Assembly (NCBI GenBank): GCA_041671365.1
Contig: JBAZBP010000001.1
Coordinates: forward strand, 116,459 to 180,458
Source: Patescibacteria group bacterium
Lineage (GTDB): Bacteria > Patescibacteriota > Patescibacteriia > Patescibacteriales > UBA12465
DNA: 64,000 bases
Direction: 5' to 3'
Shown: in pieces, positions 28,178-38,667 of the stretch
How positions within the stretch are numbered: the stretch's first letter is position 1
Layout of the letters: each line of letters opens with the position of its first letter
Position numbers and translations under genes: made by a program
Notes under the pieces: model-generated
What the model saw: only the letters and a program-made list of their open reading frames with translations
The model's database searches: none
What the model was told of the DNA's origin: nothing

Positions 28178-30289
28178 ATGAATAAAAAATTCTTCAAAAT
28201 TATTAGAAAAAATAATTTAGTTGAGTCTTTACAGGAGAAGCATAATGATCCTTTTTTGGTTAAAGAAGGACGTTTTCATTTTGGCGGATTAAAAGACTCT
28301 TTTTATTATACTGATTGGACAGAGGAGTCTTTTTTGGCGGATTCCAGCCGTAAAGAAATCGTTAGTCGTTCTTTTAATTTTAATCGGTTAAAATATTTTG
28401 TTTTGCTTATCATGGTTGGTTTAGCTTTTTTAATTATTAGAGCTTTCTGGCTGCAAGTGGCCAAAAATAATTATTATAGCTTACTATCGGAAAATAATCG
28501 TTTACGCCTGGAAACAATTGAGCCGAGGAGAGGCATTATTTACACTCGTGATTTGCAGCCCTTGGTGCGCAATAAAGCCAATTTTGTGTTATATTTTAAA
28601 CCGATAGACCTACCCTCTATCGAGTTAGTACGTGACGATTTATTGCGACAAATCAGTAGAATTCTATCGGGAGAATCAACGGCGACCGGCAGCGCGCCAA
28701 TCAATATTAGTACGTCATCAGTTAGCGTGACGACCGATAATGATATTTTTTATAAATTAAAAGATGTGCTTTCTCGGGTTAGATTAGGATCCTTAGAGTC
28801 TTATCAACCACTTTTTGTGGTCGATAATATTGATTATGATAAGGCAATGTTAATTAATTTAGAGCTACCGAATTGGCCCGGAGTTTTTTTGTCCAGTAAA
28901 ATACGACGTGAATATCTTTTGCCAAGTGCCACCTCAAGCCCTATAGTTTTAAGTGATAGTACTTTTTCTCATATTTTAGGTTATACAGGAAAAATCACTA
29001 CTACGGAATTAGAAAAGTTGAGCGGTGATTATTCGTTAGTGGACTATGTAGGAAAGACGGGGATCGAATATTCTTGGGAAAAGGAATTGAAAGGTTTACC
29101 CGGAAGCAGAAACATTGAAGTAGACGCTTTGGGTCGTCAGAAAAAAATTGTTAGTGAGACGCCGGCCATTGATGGAAATAATTTACAATTATCTTTAGAT
29201 TTTAATCTTCAAGAGCAAGCGGAGAAAATTACCAAAACTTATTTAGATAAAGCCGGGTTGAAACGCGCCACGGTTGTTATGATGAATCCTAATAATGGAG
29301 AAATTTTAGCCTTGGTTAGTTTGCCGGCTTATAATAATAATTTGTTCGCTCGTGGTATCAATCAAACCGAATATAATCAATTTTTGGATAACCCTGATCG
29401 GCCTTTATTTAACCGAGCAATCAGTGGAGAGTTTCCCTCCGGCTCGACAATTAAGCCAATTTTTGCCGCCGGTGCGTTGCAAGAAAAAATTATAACTGAA
29501 ACCACCAGTGTTTTAAGTAATGGAGGTTTGCACATTGGGCAATGGTTTTATCCGGACTGGAAAGCCGGCGGACATGGTTTAACCGATGTTAAAAAAGCCT
29601 TAGCTTTATCAGTAAATACTTTTTTCTATTATATTGGCGGTGGGTATAAAGATTTTAAAGGATTGGGCGTGGACGGTTTAGCTAAATATGCTCAACTTTT
29701 TGGTTTAGGCCAAGCAACTGGGGTTGACTTACCGGGAGAAAGACCTGGTTTTGTGCCTACCGCGGCCTGGAAGGAGCAAATAAAAAAAGAATCTTGGTAT
29801 ATTGGGGACACTTATCATTTCGCCATTGGACAGGGCGATGTTCTGGTTACACCGCTTCAGGTCGCTAATTATACTGCGGCCATTGCTAACGGCGGAATTC
29901 TATATGAGCCGCATCTGGTTAGTAAAATTTTAAGTCCGGATAACCAGGTAGTAAAAAATATTCAGCCGTTAGTAATTCGTCGTAATTTTATTGACTCCGC
30001 TAATTTACAAATTGTTCGCGCCGGGATGCGTCAAACTATTACCGGAGGCAGTGGCGTAGCGTTGAATTATTTGCCGGTAGCCGTAGCTGGAAAAACCGGC
30101 ACAGCTCAATGGTCAACCACAAAAGCTCCGCATGCCTGGTTTATTGGTTTCGCGCCCTATGATAATCCGCAAATAGTCATTACTGTTCTGGTTGAAGAAG
30201 GAATTGAAGGCAGCGCAATTTCTACACAAATATCCAGAGATATTTTAAATTGGTATTTTACTTATGATCAGCCAATAAATATAAAATAA
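28178..30289 (+). CDS. mrdA: Penicillin-binding protein 2
   Basis: PRRGIIY, GSTIK (SxxK), SVN, KTGTAQ. Confidence 0.92.
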   Translation: MNKKFFKIIRKNNLVESLQEKHNDPFLVKEGRFHFGGLKDSFYYTDWTEESFLADSSRKEIVSRSFNFNRLKYFVLLIMVGLAFLIIRAFWLQVAKNNYYSLLSENNRLRLETIEPRRGIIYTRDLQPLVRNKANFVLYFKPIDLPSIELVRDDLLRQISRILSGESTATGSAPINISTSSVSVTTDNDIFYKLKDVLSRVRLGSLESYQPLFVVDNIDYDKAMLINLELPNWPGVFLSSKIRREYLLPSATSSPIVLSDSTFSHILGYTGKITTTELEKLSGDYSLVDYVGKTGIEYSWEKELKGLPGSRNIEVDALGRQKKIVSETPAIDGNNLQLSLDFNLQEQAEKITKTYLDKAGLKRATVVMMNPNNGEILALVSLPAYNNNLFARGINQTEYNQFLDNPDRPLFNRAISGEFPSGSTIKPIFAAGALQEKIITETTSVLSNGGLHIGQWFYPDWKAGGHGLTDVKKALALSVNTFFYYIGGGYKDFKGLGVDGLAKYAQLFGLGQATGVDLPGERPGFVPTAAWKEQIKKESWYIGDTYHFAIGQGDVLVTPLQVANYTAAIANGGILYEPHLVSKILSPDNQVVKNIQPLVIRRNFIDSANLQIVRAGMRQTITGGSGVALNYLPVAVAGKTGTAQWSTTKAPHAWFIGFAPYDNPQIVITVLVEEGIEGSAISTQISRDILNWYFTYDQPINIK

Positions 30290-30327
30290 TCTAAATTATT
30301 TAAATAATAGCCATAAAACAGACCAAA

Positions 30328-30354
30328 TTAGCACTCTCTTGACTTGAGTGCTAA
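30328..30354 (+). promoter_or_regulatory. CIRCE element (HrcA operator) overlapping the -35 of the hrcA promoter
   Basis: Perfect TTAGCACTC-N9-GAGTGCTAA; TTGACT (30339)-17-TATAAT (30362). Confidence 0.97.
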
Positions 30355-30414
30355 TTTCGTTTATAATATATTCAGTTATATTTTTAATATTTTGATGAGT
30401 CAGCGCAAAATTAA

Positions 30415-31107
30415 ATGATTTCTGAACGTAAAAAATTTTTATTATTTACCCTTATTAAAGAATATGTTAAAACTGCTCAGCCGGTTTCTTCGGGCGGGCT
30501 GGTTGATAAATATAAATTAGATGTTTCTCCGGCGACGGTACGCAACGAGATGATGGAACTGGAGGATGAGGGTTATATTTATCAGCCTCATACTTCCGCC
30601 GGACGCGTTCCCACTGAAATTGCTTATGAATTATTTTTAATCGATTTAAAAGAAAACCATAAAAACAAAGAATTAAAAGAGCTAGAGTTGAAAAATTTAG
30701 AGCGTATATTTAAACGCGAGGAAGCAGCCTACAAACAGACAGCCAAGACAATTGCTGAATTATCCAGCGCCGCTGTTTTTTGGGCCTTCCATAAAAATGA
30801 TTTATATTATACCGGTTTGGCTAATTTATTTGCTCATCCGGAATTTAAACAGGTTGATGCTGTTTGCGATGTTTCCGAAGTGATTGATCGTTTAGACGAA
30901 ATTATCGATGATGTTTTTGAAAAATTGGTGGACGGCCAGCAAGTTTTAGTTGGTACTAAAAATCCTTTTGGAAATTTTTTAAGTACAGTTTTAGTTAAAT
31001 ATAAAAATAATAATCAGAGCGCTATTTTTGGAATTATCGGACCGATGCGCATGGATTATGGTCATAATTTAGCGCTGGTGGAGTTTATTAAAAATAAATT
31101 TGAATAA
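30415..31107 (+). CDS. hrcA: Heat-inducible transcription repressor HrcA (short form)
   Basis: SPATVRNEM..LE..GY..QPHTSAGRVPT and IGPMRMDY. Confidence 0.93.
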   Translation: MISERKKFLLFTLIKEYVKTAQPVSSGGLVDKYKLDVSPATVRNEMMELEDEGYIYQPHTSAGRVPTEIAYELFLIDLKENHKNKELKELELKNLERIFKREEAAYKQTAKTIAELSSAAVFWAFHKNDLYYTGLANLFAHPEFKQVDAVCDVSEVIDRLDEIIDDVFEKLVDGQQVLVGTKNPFGNFLSTVLVKYKNNNQSAIFGIIGPMRMDYGHNLALVEFIKNKFE

Positions 31108-31115
31108 GTATTCTT

Positions 31116-31733
31116 ATGAATAAGTTAAAAAAAGGAATCTATCGTCATTATAAAGGAGGCGAATACCGGATTGTCGGAGAAGCGCGATCGACGGTTGATG
31201 ACCAGGAAAAAATGGTAGTTTATGAAAGCCTTAAGGATAGTCAAATTTGGCTTCGTTCCGTTCAGGAATTTTTAAGCGAAGTAGAAGTGGCCGGAGAAAA
31301 AAAACCGCGCTTTGAATGGCTGCGAGAAGAGGAAATGGCTGACTGGGAGTCTAAATATAAAAGAGCTTTGGCCGATTATCATAATTTACTTAAGCAGACT
31401 ACTCGCGAAAAACAAGATTTTATTAAATATGCTTTAACTGATATTTTACAAGATATCTTACCAATTTATGATCATTTAAAAATGTCTTTATCCGGTTTAA
31501 GCGAAGAGGAGGCCGAGAATGCTTGGGTGGTAGGAGTTAAACATGTTTTAAAACAATTTAAAGAAGTTTTGGCTACGCGTGGGGTTGAAGAAATAATGAC
31601 CATTGGCGTTAAGTTTGACCATAATACCATGGAGGCATTAGACGGTACTGGTGAAAATATTAAGCAAGAAGTGTTGCCTGGTTATAAATTGAATGGTCGA
31701 GTTATTCGTCCGGCTAAAGTTATAGTAGAATAA
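31116..31733 (+). CDS. grpE: GrpE nucleotide exchange factor with an N-terminal DUF1653-like domain
   Basis: GIYRHYKGGEY...VVYE...WLR...PRF followed by RALADYHN...FDHNTMEA...GYKLNGRVIRPAKVIV. Confidence 0.88.
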   Translation: MNKLKKGIYRHYKGGEYRIVGEARSTVDDQEKMVVYESLKDSQIWLRSVQEFLSEVEVAGEKKPRFEWLREEEMADWESKYKRALADYHNLLKQTTREKQDFIKYALTDILQDILPIYDHLKMSLSGLSEEEAENAWVVGVKHVLKQFKEVLATRGVEEIMTIGVKFDHNTMEALDGTGENIKQEVLPGYKLNGRVIRPAKVIVE

Positions 31734-31821
31734 GATTATTTTTTAAGAAAACAATAATTATTTATTTTTTCTGACATCTACCTGGCTTTAAGCTAAGTTT
31801 TTCAGAAAAAAATATAAAACT

Positions 31822-32256
31822 ATGTCACTTATAAAATGGACCCCATTTTTTTCGGAAATAGACGACTTGGAAAAAAGCATGGAATCTATGTTGCCCAGTC
31901 TTCATGGCAATCAGTTTGGTTTTACGCCCGCTGTTGATATGTACGAAGATAAAAACAATATTATTATTGAAACTCAGCTGGGAGGCATTGATCCGGAAAA
32001 AGTTGATATTTCTATCGAAAATAATACTTTGTCGATTAAAGGTGAAAGCGAGAAGAAAAGTGAAGTTGATGAAAAGAATTATTATCGTAAAGAAATTCGT
32101 CGCGGCTCTTTTTATCGGACCATTCCTTTGCCGATAAAGGTTGACGGCGCTCAAGCCTCGGCTGTTAATGAGGACGGTATTTTAAAAATTACCGTGCCCA
32201 AAGCTCCGGAGACAAAAACTCAAACAATTAAAATTCAAAATAAAAATAAAAATTAA
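31822..32256 (+). CDS. Small heat shock protein Hsp20
   Basis: Motifs PAVDMYE, EIRRGSFYRTIPLP and DGILKITVPK. Confidence 0.95.
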   Translation: MSLIKWTPFFSEIDDLEKSMESMLPSLHGNQFGFTPAVDMYEDKNNIIIETQLGGIDPEKVDISIENNTLSIKGESEKKSEVDEKNYYRKEIRRGSFYRTIPLPIKVDGAQASAVNEDGILKITVPKAPETKTQTIKIQNKNKN

Positions 32257-32274
32257 ATTATAAATAAAAACATT

Positions 32275-34206
32275 ATGTCAAAAATTTTAGGAATTGATTT
32301 AGGAACAACCAACTCGGCCATGGCCATCATGGAGGGCGGCGTACCAAAAATTATCGAAAATATCGAAGGTAACCGTACCACTCCGTCCGTCGTGGCAATA
32401 TCTAAAAATGGTGAACGAATTGTTGGTTCGGCCGCCAAACGCCAGGCCGTGATTAATCCGGAAAATACGGTTTATGCGGTTAAACGTTTAATCGGCCGTC
32501 ATTTCGGTGAAGACGAAGTACAGCGAGATCTCAAATCCGTGCCTTATAAAATTTTGCAGGCCGGAGAAGGCGTGAAAGTAAAAATGGGCGATAAAGATTA
32601 TAGTCCGCAGGAAATTTCGGCCATGATTTTATCTAAATTAAAAGCGGATGCCGAAGTTAAATTGGGTGAAAAAATTACGGAAGCGATTATTACTGTCCCG
32701 GCCTATTTTAACGATTCGCAACGTCAGGCGACTAAAGATGCGGGCGCTATTGCCGGGCTGGATGTTAAACGGATTATTAACGAACCGACGGCCGCGGCTC
32801 TAGCTTATGGTTTTGATAAAAAACAGGGTCAAAAAATTGTAGTTTATGATTTAGGCGGCGGGACTTTTGATGTTTCGGTTTTGGATATTTCGGCTGATAC
32901 CGTCGAAGTTAAAGCGACTAATGGCGATACGCATTTAGGCGGCGAAGATTTTGATCAACGAATTATTACTTGGATTATTGAAGAATTTAAAAAAGACCAG
33001 GGTCTGGATTTGTCTAAAGACACCTTAGCTTTACAGCGAATTAAGGAATCGGCCGAAAAAGCCAAAATTGAATTATCTACGGCACAAGAAACAGAAATTA
33101 ATCAGCCATTTATTTCTACCGATGCTAACGGTCCGAAGCATTTAGTAATGAAGCTTTCTCGGGCGAAATTAGAGGCATTAATCGGAGATTTAGTTGAGAA
33201 AACTATTGAACCGTGCAAAAAAGCTTTAGCTGATTCCGGTTTTAAATTGGCGGATATTAATGAAGTCCTGATGGTTGGCGGTATGACTCGTATGCCCCTA
33301 GTTCTGCAGAAAGTAAAAGATTTCTTTGGTAAAGAACCGAATTTAAGTGTTAATCCGGATGAAGTGGTCGCTCTAGGAGCCGCCGTTCAGGCCGGAGTCC
33401 TTCAGGGAGACGTTAAGGACGTTTTATTATTAGATGTTACCCCCCTAACTTTAGGAATTGAAACGATGGGATCGGTGGCCACCCCTTTAATAGAGAGAAA
33501 TACAACCATTCCGACCTCCAAGTCACAGGTTTTTTCGACGGCGGCCGATGGTCAAACTGCGGTTGATATTCATATTGTTCAAGGCGAACGTCCGATGGCC
33601 GGCGACAATAAAACTTTGGGCCGGTTTATGTTAGACGGTATTCCGGCGGCACCGCGCGGTATTCCGCAAGTTGAAGTTAAATTCGATATTGATGCTAACG
33701 GTATTTTAAATGTTTCGGCGACCGATAAAGCGACCGGTAAACAACAAAAAATTACGATCACTTCTTCTTCCGGCTTATCGAAAGAAGAAATTGAAAAAAT
33801 GAAGAAAGAGGCGGAGCTGCACGCCGAAGAAGACAAGAAAAAGAAAGAGGAGGCGGAAGTCAAAAATTCAGCCGATGCAGTTTTATTTACGATGGACAAA
33901 ATGTTAAAAGAATCCGGCGACAAAATGAAACCGGAAGATAAAAAAGACATGGAGGATAAGGCCGCCGCGCTTAAAAAAGCTAAGGAAGCCGGCGATTTAG
34001 AGGACATAAAAAAGAAAATGGAGGAATTAAATACGGTGGCTCAGAAAATAGGAGCGGCGATGTATCAACAGCCGGGAGCAAACGCCTCCGAAGCGGGAGC
34101 AACCGGAAACATGGGGGCCGATCAAGCCGACGCCAACGCCGGTACCGGATCGAGCAACAAAAAAGATGATAATGTGGTCGAGGGAGAAGTTGAAGAAAAG
34201 AAGTAG
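32275..34206 (+). CDS. dnaK: Chaperone DnaK
   Basis: Motifs [17 protein letters not shown] and DLGGGTFD. Confidence 0.99.
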   Translation: MSKILGIDLGTTNSAMAIMEGGVPKIIENIEGNRTTPSVVAISKNGERIVGSAAKRQAVINPENTVYAVKRLIGRHFGEDEVQRDLKSVPYKILQAGEGVKVKMGDKDYSPQEISAMILSKLKADAEVKLGEKITEAIITVPAYFNDSQRQATKDAGAIAGLDVKRIINEPTAAALAYGFDKKQGQKIVVYDLGGGTFDVSVLDISADTVEVKATNGDTHLGGEDFDQRIITWIIEEFKKDQGLDLSKDTLALQRIKESAEKAKIELSTAQETEINQPFISTDANGPKHLVMKLSRAKLEALIGDLVEKTIEPCKKALADSGFKLADINEVLMVGGMTRMPLVLQKVKDFFGKEPNLSVNPDEVVALGAAVQAGVLQGDVKDVLLLDVTPLTLGIETMGSVATPLIERNTTIPTSKSQVFSTAADGQTAVDIHIVQGERPMAGDNKTLGRFMLDGIPAAPRGIPQVEVKFDIDANGILNVSATDKATGKQQKITITSSSGLSKEEIEKMKKEAELHAEEDKKKKEEAEVKNSADAVLFTMDKMLKESGDKMKPEDKKDMEDKAAALKKAKEAGDLEDIKKKMEELNTVAQKIGAAMYQQPGANASEAGATGNMGADQADANAGTGSSNKKDDNVVEGEVEEKK

Positions 34207-34237
34207 GTTTTATTCTTAACCAGCGTAAGAAATTTCT

Positions 34238-35320
34238 ATGTCCAAAGATTACTATGATATTTTAGGCGTTTCTAAAAGCGCCACGCCCGATGAAATAAAA
34301 ACAGCTTTTCGAAAAAAGGCCCACGAATATCATCCGGACAAAGGTGGTAATGCCGAAAAATTTAAAGAGATTAATGAAGCTAATCAGGTTTTGGGTAATC
34401 CAGAAAAAAGAAAGCAATATGACCAGTTTGGTTCTGCTTTTCAGAATGGCCAGGCCGGCGGCGGTTTTAGTGGTGGTGGATTTTCCGGATTCCAGAATGG
34501 CGGCGGATTTAATATGGACTTTGAAGATTTGGGTGATATGTTCGGCGGTTTTGGCGATATTTTTGGTTTTGGCGGCGGAAAACAAAATACTAAACGTCAA
34601 ACCCGCGGCCATGATTTAGAGATGAATGTATCTTTGGATTTTATGGATGCAGTTTCTGGAACGGAAAAAGAAATTAGTTTTTCTAAAAATATTGTTTGTA
34701 GTCGCTGCCAGGCCAGCGGTGCGGAACCCGGATCTAAAATCGAAATTTGTAAAAATTGTAACGGTTCCGGTCGAGTAACGCGTTTACAGCGAACAATTCT
34801 AGGCAATATTCAGACGCAATCAGTTTGCACTTATTGCGACGGTGAAGGGAAAACGTATGATAAAAAATGTTCGAGATGCGAAGGAACGGGAGTACATCGC
34901 GAACAAGTTAAAATTAAAGTTCGCGTGCCGGCCGGAATTAATGATGGAGAATCTATTAGATTAAGCGGCCAAGGCGAAGCCGGACAAAAGGGGTCTGAGG
35001 CCGGTGATTTATATTTGCGTATCAAGTTACAAGCACACCGGAAATTTAAGCGTCACGGTTATGATATTAATACGGAAGAGATTATTAATATTAGTCAGGC
35101 GATTTTAGGCGATAAAATTGAGATTGAAACGGTGCATGGTCCGGTAAAATTAAAAATTCCCGAAGGCACGCAATCCGGGACAATATTTAAGCTTAAGGGA
35201 AAGGGGATGGTTAAATTACACAGTCAAGGAACGGGCGATCAATTTACTAAAATAATCGTTAAAATTCCGATTGGATTGAATAAGAAACAGAAGCAATTAT
35301 TAGCCGAGCTTAATTTATAG
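34238..35320 (+). CDS. dnaJ: Chaperone DnaJ
   Basis: HPD, G/F-rich region, four CxxCxGxG-type repeats. Confidence 0.98.
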   Translation: MSKDYYDILGVSKSATPDEIKTAFRKKAHEYHPDKGGNAEKFKEINEANQVLGNPEKRKQYDQFGSAFQNGQAGGGFSGGGFSGFQNGGGFNMDFEDLGDMFGGFGDIFGFGGGKQNTKRQTRGHDLEMNVSLDFMDAVSGTEKEISFSKNIVCSRCQASGAEPGSKIEICKNCNGSGRVTRLQRTILGNIQTQSVCTYCDGEGKTYDKKCSRCEGTGVHREQVKIKVRVPAGINDGESIRLSGQGEAGQKGSEAGDLYLRIKLQAHRKFKRHGYDINTEEIINISQAILGDKIEIETVHGPVKLKIPEGTQSGTIFKLKGKGMVKLHSQGTGDQFTKIIVKIPIGLNKKQKQLLAELNL

Positions 35321-35351
35321 TATTCATTTTATAGGATCCATTATAATTTTT

Positions 35352-36203
35352 ATGTTTATTGATACTCATGCCCATGTTAATTTCGCTGCTTTTAAAGATG
35401 ATGCCGATGAAGTTATTCGTCGGTCTTTAGCCAATGACACTTGGATGGTTTTGGTTGGTTCGGAGTTAAAAACCTCGAATCGAGCTTTAGATTACGCCAA
35501 TAAATATGAAAAAGGCGTTTATGCGGCGATTGGCTTACATCCGGTTCATTTGGAAGAAGGTTTGGTTGATACCGGAGAAGAGGGTGGTACTTCGGGATTT
35601 ATTACTCGGGCCGAAGAATTTGATTATGGTAGCTATGAAAAAATTGCTAAGTTTGAAAAAGTGGTGGCGATTGGTGAAATCGGTTTAGATTATTATCATT
35701 TAAACCCCACCAAAGATTTAGTGGCGATTAAAAAGAAACAGCAGGAAGTTTTGGCTCAGCAATTATTATTAGCTCGAAGCCTTAATTTGCCGGTAATTAT
35801 TCATTGTCGTCAGGCCCATGACGACCTACTCCCGCTTTTACAAGAATTTAAGAATGAATATGGTCATTTAATAACGAATAATAAACCCTGGGGAGTAATT
35901 CATTGTTTTTCCGGCGATGAGGATTTGGCGTGGAAATATTTTAAATTAGGATTACTGATTTCTTTTACCGGTTTGATTACTTTCAGTAAACAGTGGGATG
36001 ATTTGATTAGAAAAATTCCTTTAGATAAGTTGATGATTGAAACGGATACGCCCTATATGACTCCCGAACCTTATCGCGGCCAGCGCAACGAACCTTTGTT
36101 GGTTCAATACGTAGCTAATCGAATTGCCGATATCAGGGGAATTAAGCCGGAAAAGGTGGCTGAAGTAACCACCGCTACGGCTCGAAATTTTTTTCAAATT
36201 TAA
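35352..36203 (+). CDS. tatD: TatD family deoxyribonuclease
   Basis: Motifs DTHAH, GLHP, GEIGLDY, HCR, HCF and ETDTPY. Confidence 0.93.
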   Translation: MFIDTHAHVNFAAFKDDADEVIRRSLANDTWMVLVGSELKTSNRALDYANKYEKGVYAAIGLHPVHLEEGLVDTGEEGGTSGFITRAEEFDYGSYEKIAKFEKVVAIGEIGLDYYHLNPTKDLVAIKKKQQEVLAQQLLLARSLNLPVIIHCRQAHDDLLPLLQEFKNEYGHLITNNKPWGVIHCFSGDEDLAWKYFKLGLLISFTGLITFSKQWDDLIRKIPLDKLMIETDTPYMTPEPYRGQRNEPLLVQYVANRIADIRGIKPEKVAEVTTATARNFFQI

Positions 36204-36226
36204 GTTAGAAATAAAAAATTAGAGGG

Positions 36227-36255
36227 TTGACACTTAAGGTTTTTTGCGTTATAAA
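36227..36255 (+). promoter_or_regulatory. Sigma70 promoter of the atp operon
   Basis: TTGACA-17-TATAAA. Confidence 0.6.
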
Positions 36256-36298
36256 AAAGATAGTTTAGATATTTTAGCCCGAGTTGGGCGCAGGCTGT

Positions 36299-36541
36299 AT
36301 GAAAAATGATTCTTGGGGATTAGCCTTAAAGGTTATGGCCAACGTTTCTGCTTGGATCGCTTTTCCGGTTATTATCGGTTTGTATTTAGGAAAATGGTTA
36401 GATAAAAAGTTAGGGACTGATCCTTGGTTGTTTTTGCTGACAATTGCTTTATGCTTCGCTGTTTCTATTTATGGTTTGACGGTCAACGCTTTAAAAGAAT
36501 TTAAACAGATAGAAAAAGAATATCGAGATAAGAAAAAATAG
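36299..36541 (+). CDS. AtpZ/AtpI family protein
   Basis: GLYLGKWLDKKLGTDPW, two TM helices, first gene of the atp operon. Confidence 0.85.
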   Translation: MKNDSWGLALKVMANVSAWIAFPVIIGLYLGKWLDKKLGTDPWLFLLTIALCFAVSIYGLTVNALKEFKQIEKEYRDKKK

Positions 36542-36556
36542 TTTAATGGATTTTGC

Positions 36557-37369
36557 ATGGTAGAAGAGATTATTCATGAAAATACTTTATATTCTGAGCC
36601 GATAGCCCATATCGGCAATTTTGTAATTACTAACTCTTTGATGACGTCCGGCTTAGCTCTGGTTATTGTCTGTATTTTAGCAGTCGCTATCAGTCGTAAC
36701 TTAAGACAGGTTCCGACTGGTTTACAGAACGCTTTGGAAATGATTATTGAAGGTTTTTTGGGAATTTTTGACAGTGTTACCGGTAATCGTCAGCGATCAT
36801 TAGGTTTTGCGCCGATAGTTTTAGCCTTTTTCTTTTTTATTTTAATCAATAATTGGATGGGGCTTTTGCCGGGAGTAGGCTCAATTGGTCAGATTGTCCA
36901 ATCCGGAGGTGAAAAGTTTTTTATTCCCTATTTACGAGGCGGAACGGCCGATTTGAATACTACCTTAGCTTTGGCCACTTTAGGCGTAGTTTTAAGTCAT
37001 ATTTTTGGAATATTAGCTATCGGTTGGTGGAAGTATCTTAATAAATTTATTAACATCAAAGCTTTTTTAGACATACCCCGGAAAATTAAGAAAGATCCGA
37101 TGATTTTATTGATTAATCCGATTAAAGCCTTTGTTGGTCTGATTGAAGTGGTCGGAGAATTGGCTAAAGTCGCTAGTCTATCTTTCCGGTTATTCGGTAA
37201 TGTTTTTGCCGGTGAAGTTTTGTTGGCTTCGATTTCGGCCATGTTAGCTTATGGCGCTCCGATCCCTTTTTTATTTTTAGAAGTTTTAGTCGGCCTGATT
37301 CAGGCTTTAATTTTTATGATGTTAGTGTTAACATATTTAACAATTAACACTACCGCCGAAGAACATTAA
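36557..37369 (+). CDS. atpB: ATP synthase Fo subunit a
   Basis: Motifs NNWMGLLPG, TADLNTT, SLSFRLFGN and IQA. Confidence 0.96.
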   Translation: MVEEIIHENTLYSEPIAHIGNFVITNSLMTSGLALVIVCILAVAISRNLRQVPTGLQNALEMIIEGFLGIFDSVTGNRQRSLGFAPIVLAFFFFILINNWMGLLPGVGSIGQIVQSGGEKFFIPYLRGGTADLNTTLALATLGVVLSHIFGILAIGWWKYLNKFINIKAFLDIPRKIKKDPMILLINPIKAFVGLIEVVGELAKVASLSFRLFGNVFAGEVLLASISAMLAYGAPIPFLFLEVLVGLIQALIFMMLVLTYLTINTTAEEH

Positions 37370-37413
37370 TTTAATTATAAATAAAAGCTCAAACAAATAT
37401 ATCAATTTGTTGA

Positions 37414-37641
<228 letters not shown>

Positions 37642-37694
37642 TAATTTGACGGATTTCTCCTGATTTTAATCGGGGGAAGACGCCAGATGGTTAT

Positions 37695-37724
37695 TTTTTA
37701 ACTTTCTAATTTTTAACTTTCTAA
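37695..37724. repeat. Perfect 15-bp tandem duplication upstream of atpF
   Basis: (tttttaactttctaa)x2. Confidence 0.8.
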
Positions 37725-37733
37725 TTTATTCCT

Positions 37734-38222
37734 ATGGATTCATTAATTTCTACTTTTCATCTTGATATCGGTTTATTTGTTGCTCAGCTGGTTAATTTTT
37801 CTATTGTCTTCTTGGTTTTATATTGGTTTGCTTTTAAGCCATTGGTTAAAATTATGACTGATCGTTCCGCTAAAATCGATCAGAGCCTAAAAGACGCGGC
37901 TGAGATTGAAAAAAGATTAACCTTAACTACGCAAGAACGAGAAGCGGTTATCGTTGCCGCCAAAAAGCAAGCGAATTTAATTATTGAAGAAGCCGATAAG
38001 CGCGGCGAAGAACGACGCAGCGAATTATTAAGACAAGCTAAGGAAGATATCGGGCAGGTAATTAATAATGAAAAAGCTAAATTATTGAGAGAAAAGGCGG
38101 AAACTTTAAAGGAAATAAAAAAGGAAATAGCCGAACTCGTAATTTTAACTGTAGAAAAATTACTGAGCGAGAAAATGACCAGCGATAAAGATCGCGAGTT
38201 AATTAAGAAGTTGTTGAAATAG
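37734..38222 (+). CDS. atpF: ATP synthase Fo subunit b
   Basis: QLVNF, N-terminal TM helix plus coiled coil. Confidence 0.95.
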   Translation: MDSLISTFHLDIGLFVAQLVNFSIVFLVLYWFAFKPLVKIMTDRSAKIDQSLKDAAEIEKRLTLTTQEREAVIVAAKKQANLIIEEADKRGEERRSELLRQAKEDIGQVINNEKAKLLREKAETLKEIKKEIAELVILTVEKLLSEKMTSDKDRELIKKLLK

Positions 38223-38252
38223 TTGAATTTGTGCGCTGTTAATATCAAAAAA

Positions 38253-38654
38253 ATGAAAATATCGAAGCAACAATACGCCCGGAGCCTCTACGAAGCGATT
38301 AGCGATAAATCCGATAAAGAAGTTAAGGCGATAATCGCCGGTTTTGTCTCGATTTTAGCCCAGCATCATGATTTAGATCGAGGAGCGGAGATAATTCAAA
38401 ATTTTCAAGAATTATGGAGCTTAGAACGCGGAGAACTAAGGGTAGAACTAACGAGTGCACGACGTTTAGAGCCGACGGTTAAAGCATCCATCGTTGATTA
38501 TTTGAAAAATAAAACCGGAGCATCCAGTATAGATCTGCAGGAGAAAATAGATGTTAATTTAATTGGTGGTTTTGTGCTAGGGTATAATAGCAGCGTGCTT
38601 GATGGTAGTTTGCGTAACAGTTTAACGGATTTGAAAAATAAAATTAGTAATTAG
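38253..38654 (+). CDS. atpH: ATP synthase F1 subunit delta (short)
   Basis: Motifs YARSL, VELTSA and LIGG...DGSL. Confidence 0.88.
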   Translation: MKISKQQYARSLYEAISDKSDKEVKAIIAGFVSILAQHHDLDRGAEIIQNFQELWSLERGELRVELTSARRLEPTVKASIVDYLKNKTGASSIDLQEKIDVNLIGGFVLGYNSSVLDGSLRNSLTDLKNKISN

Positions 38655-38667
38655 CTTTAAATAAATT

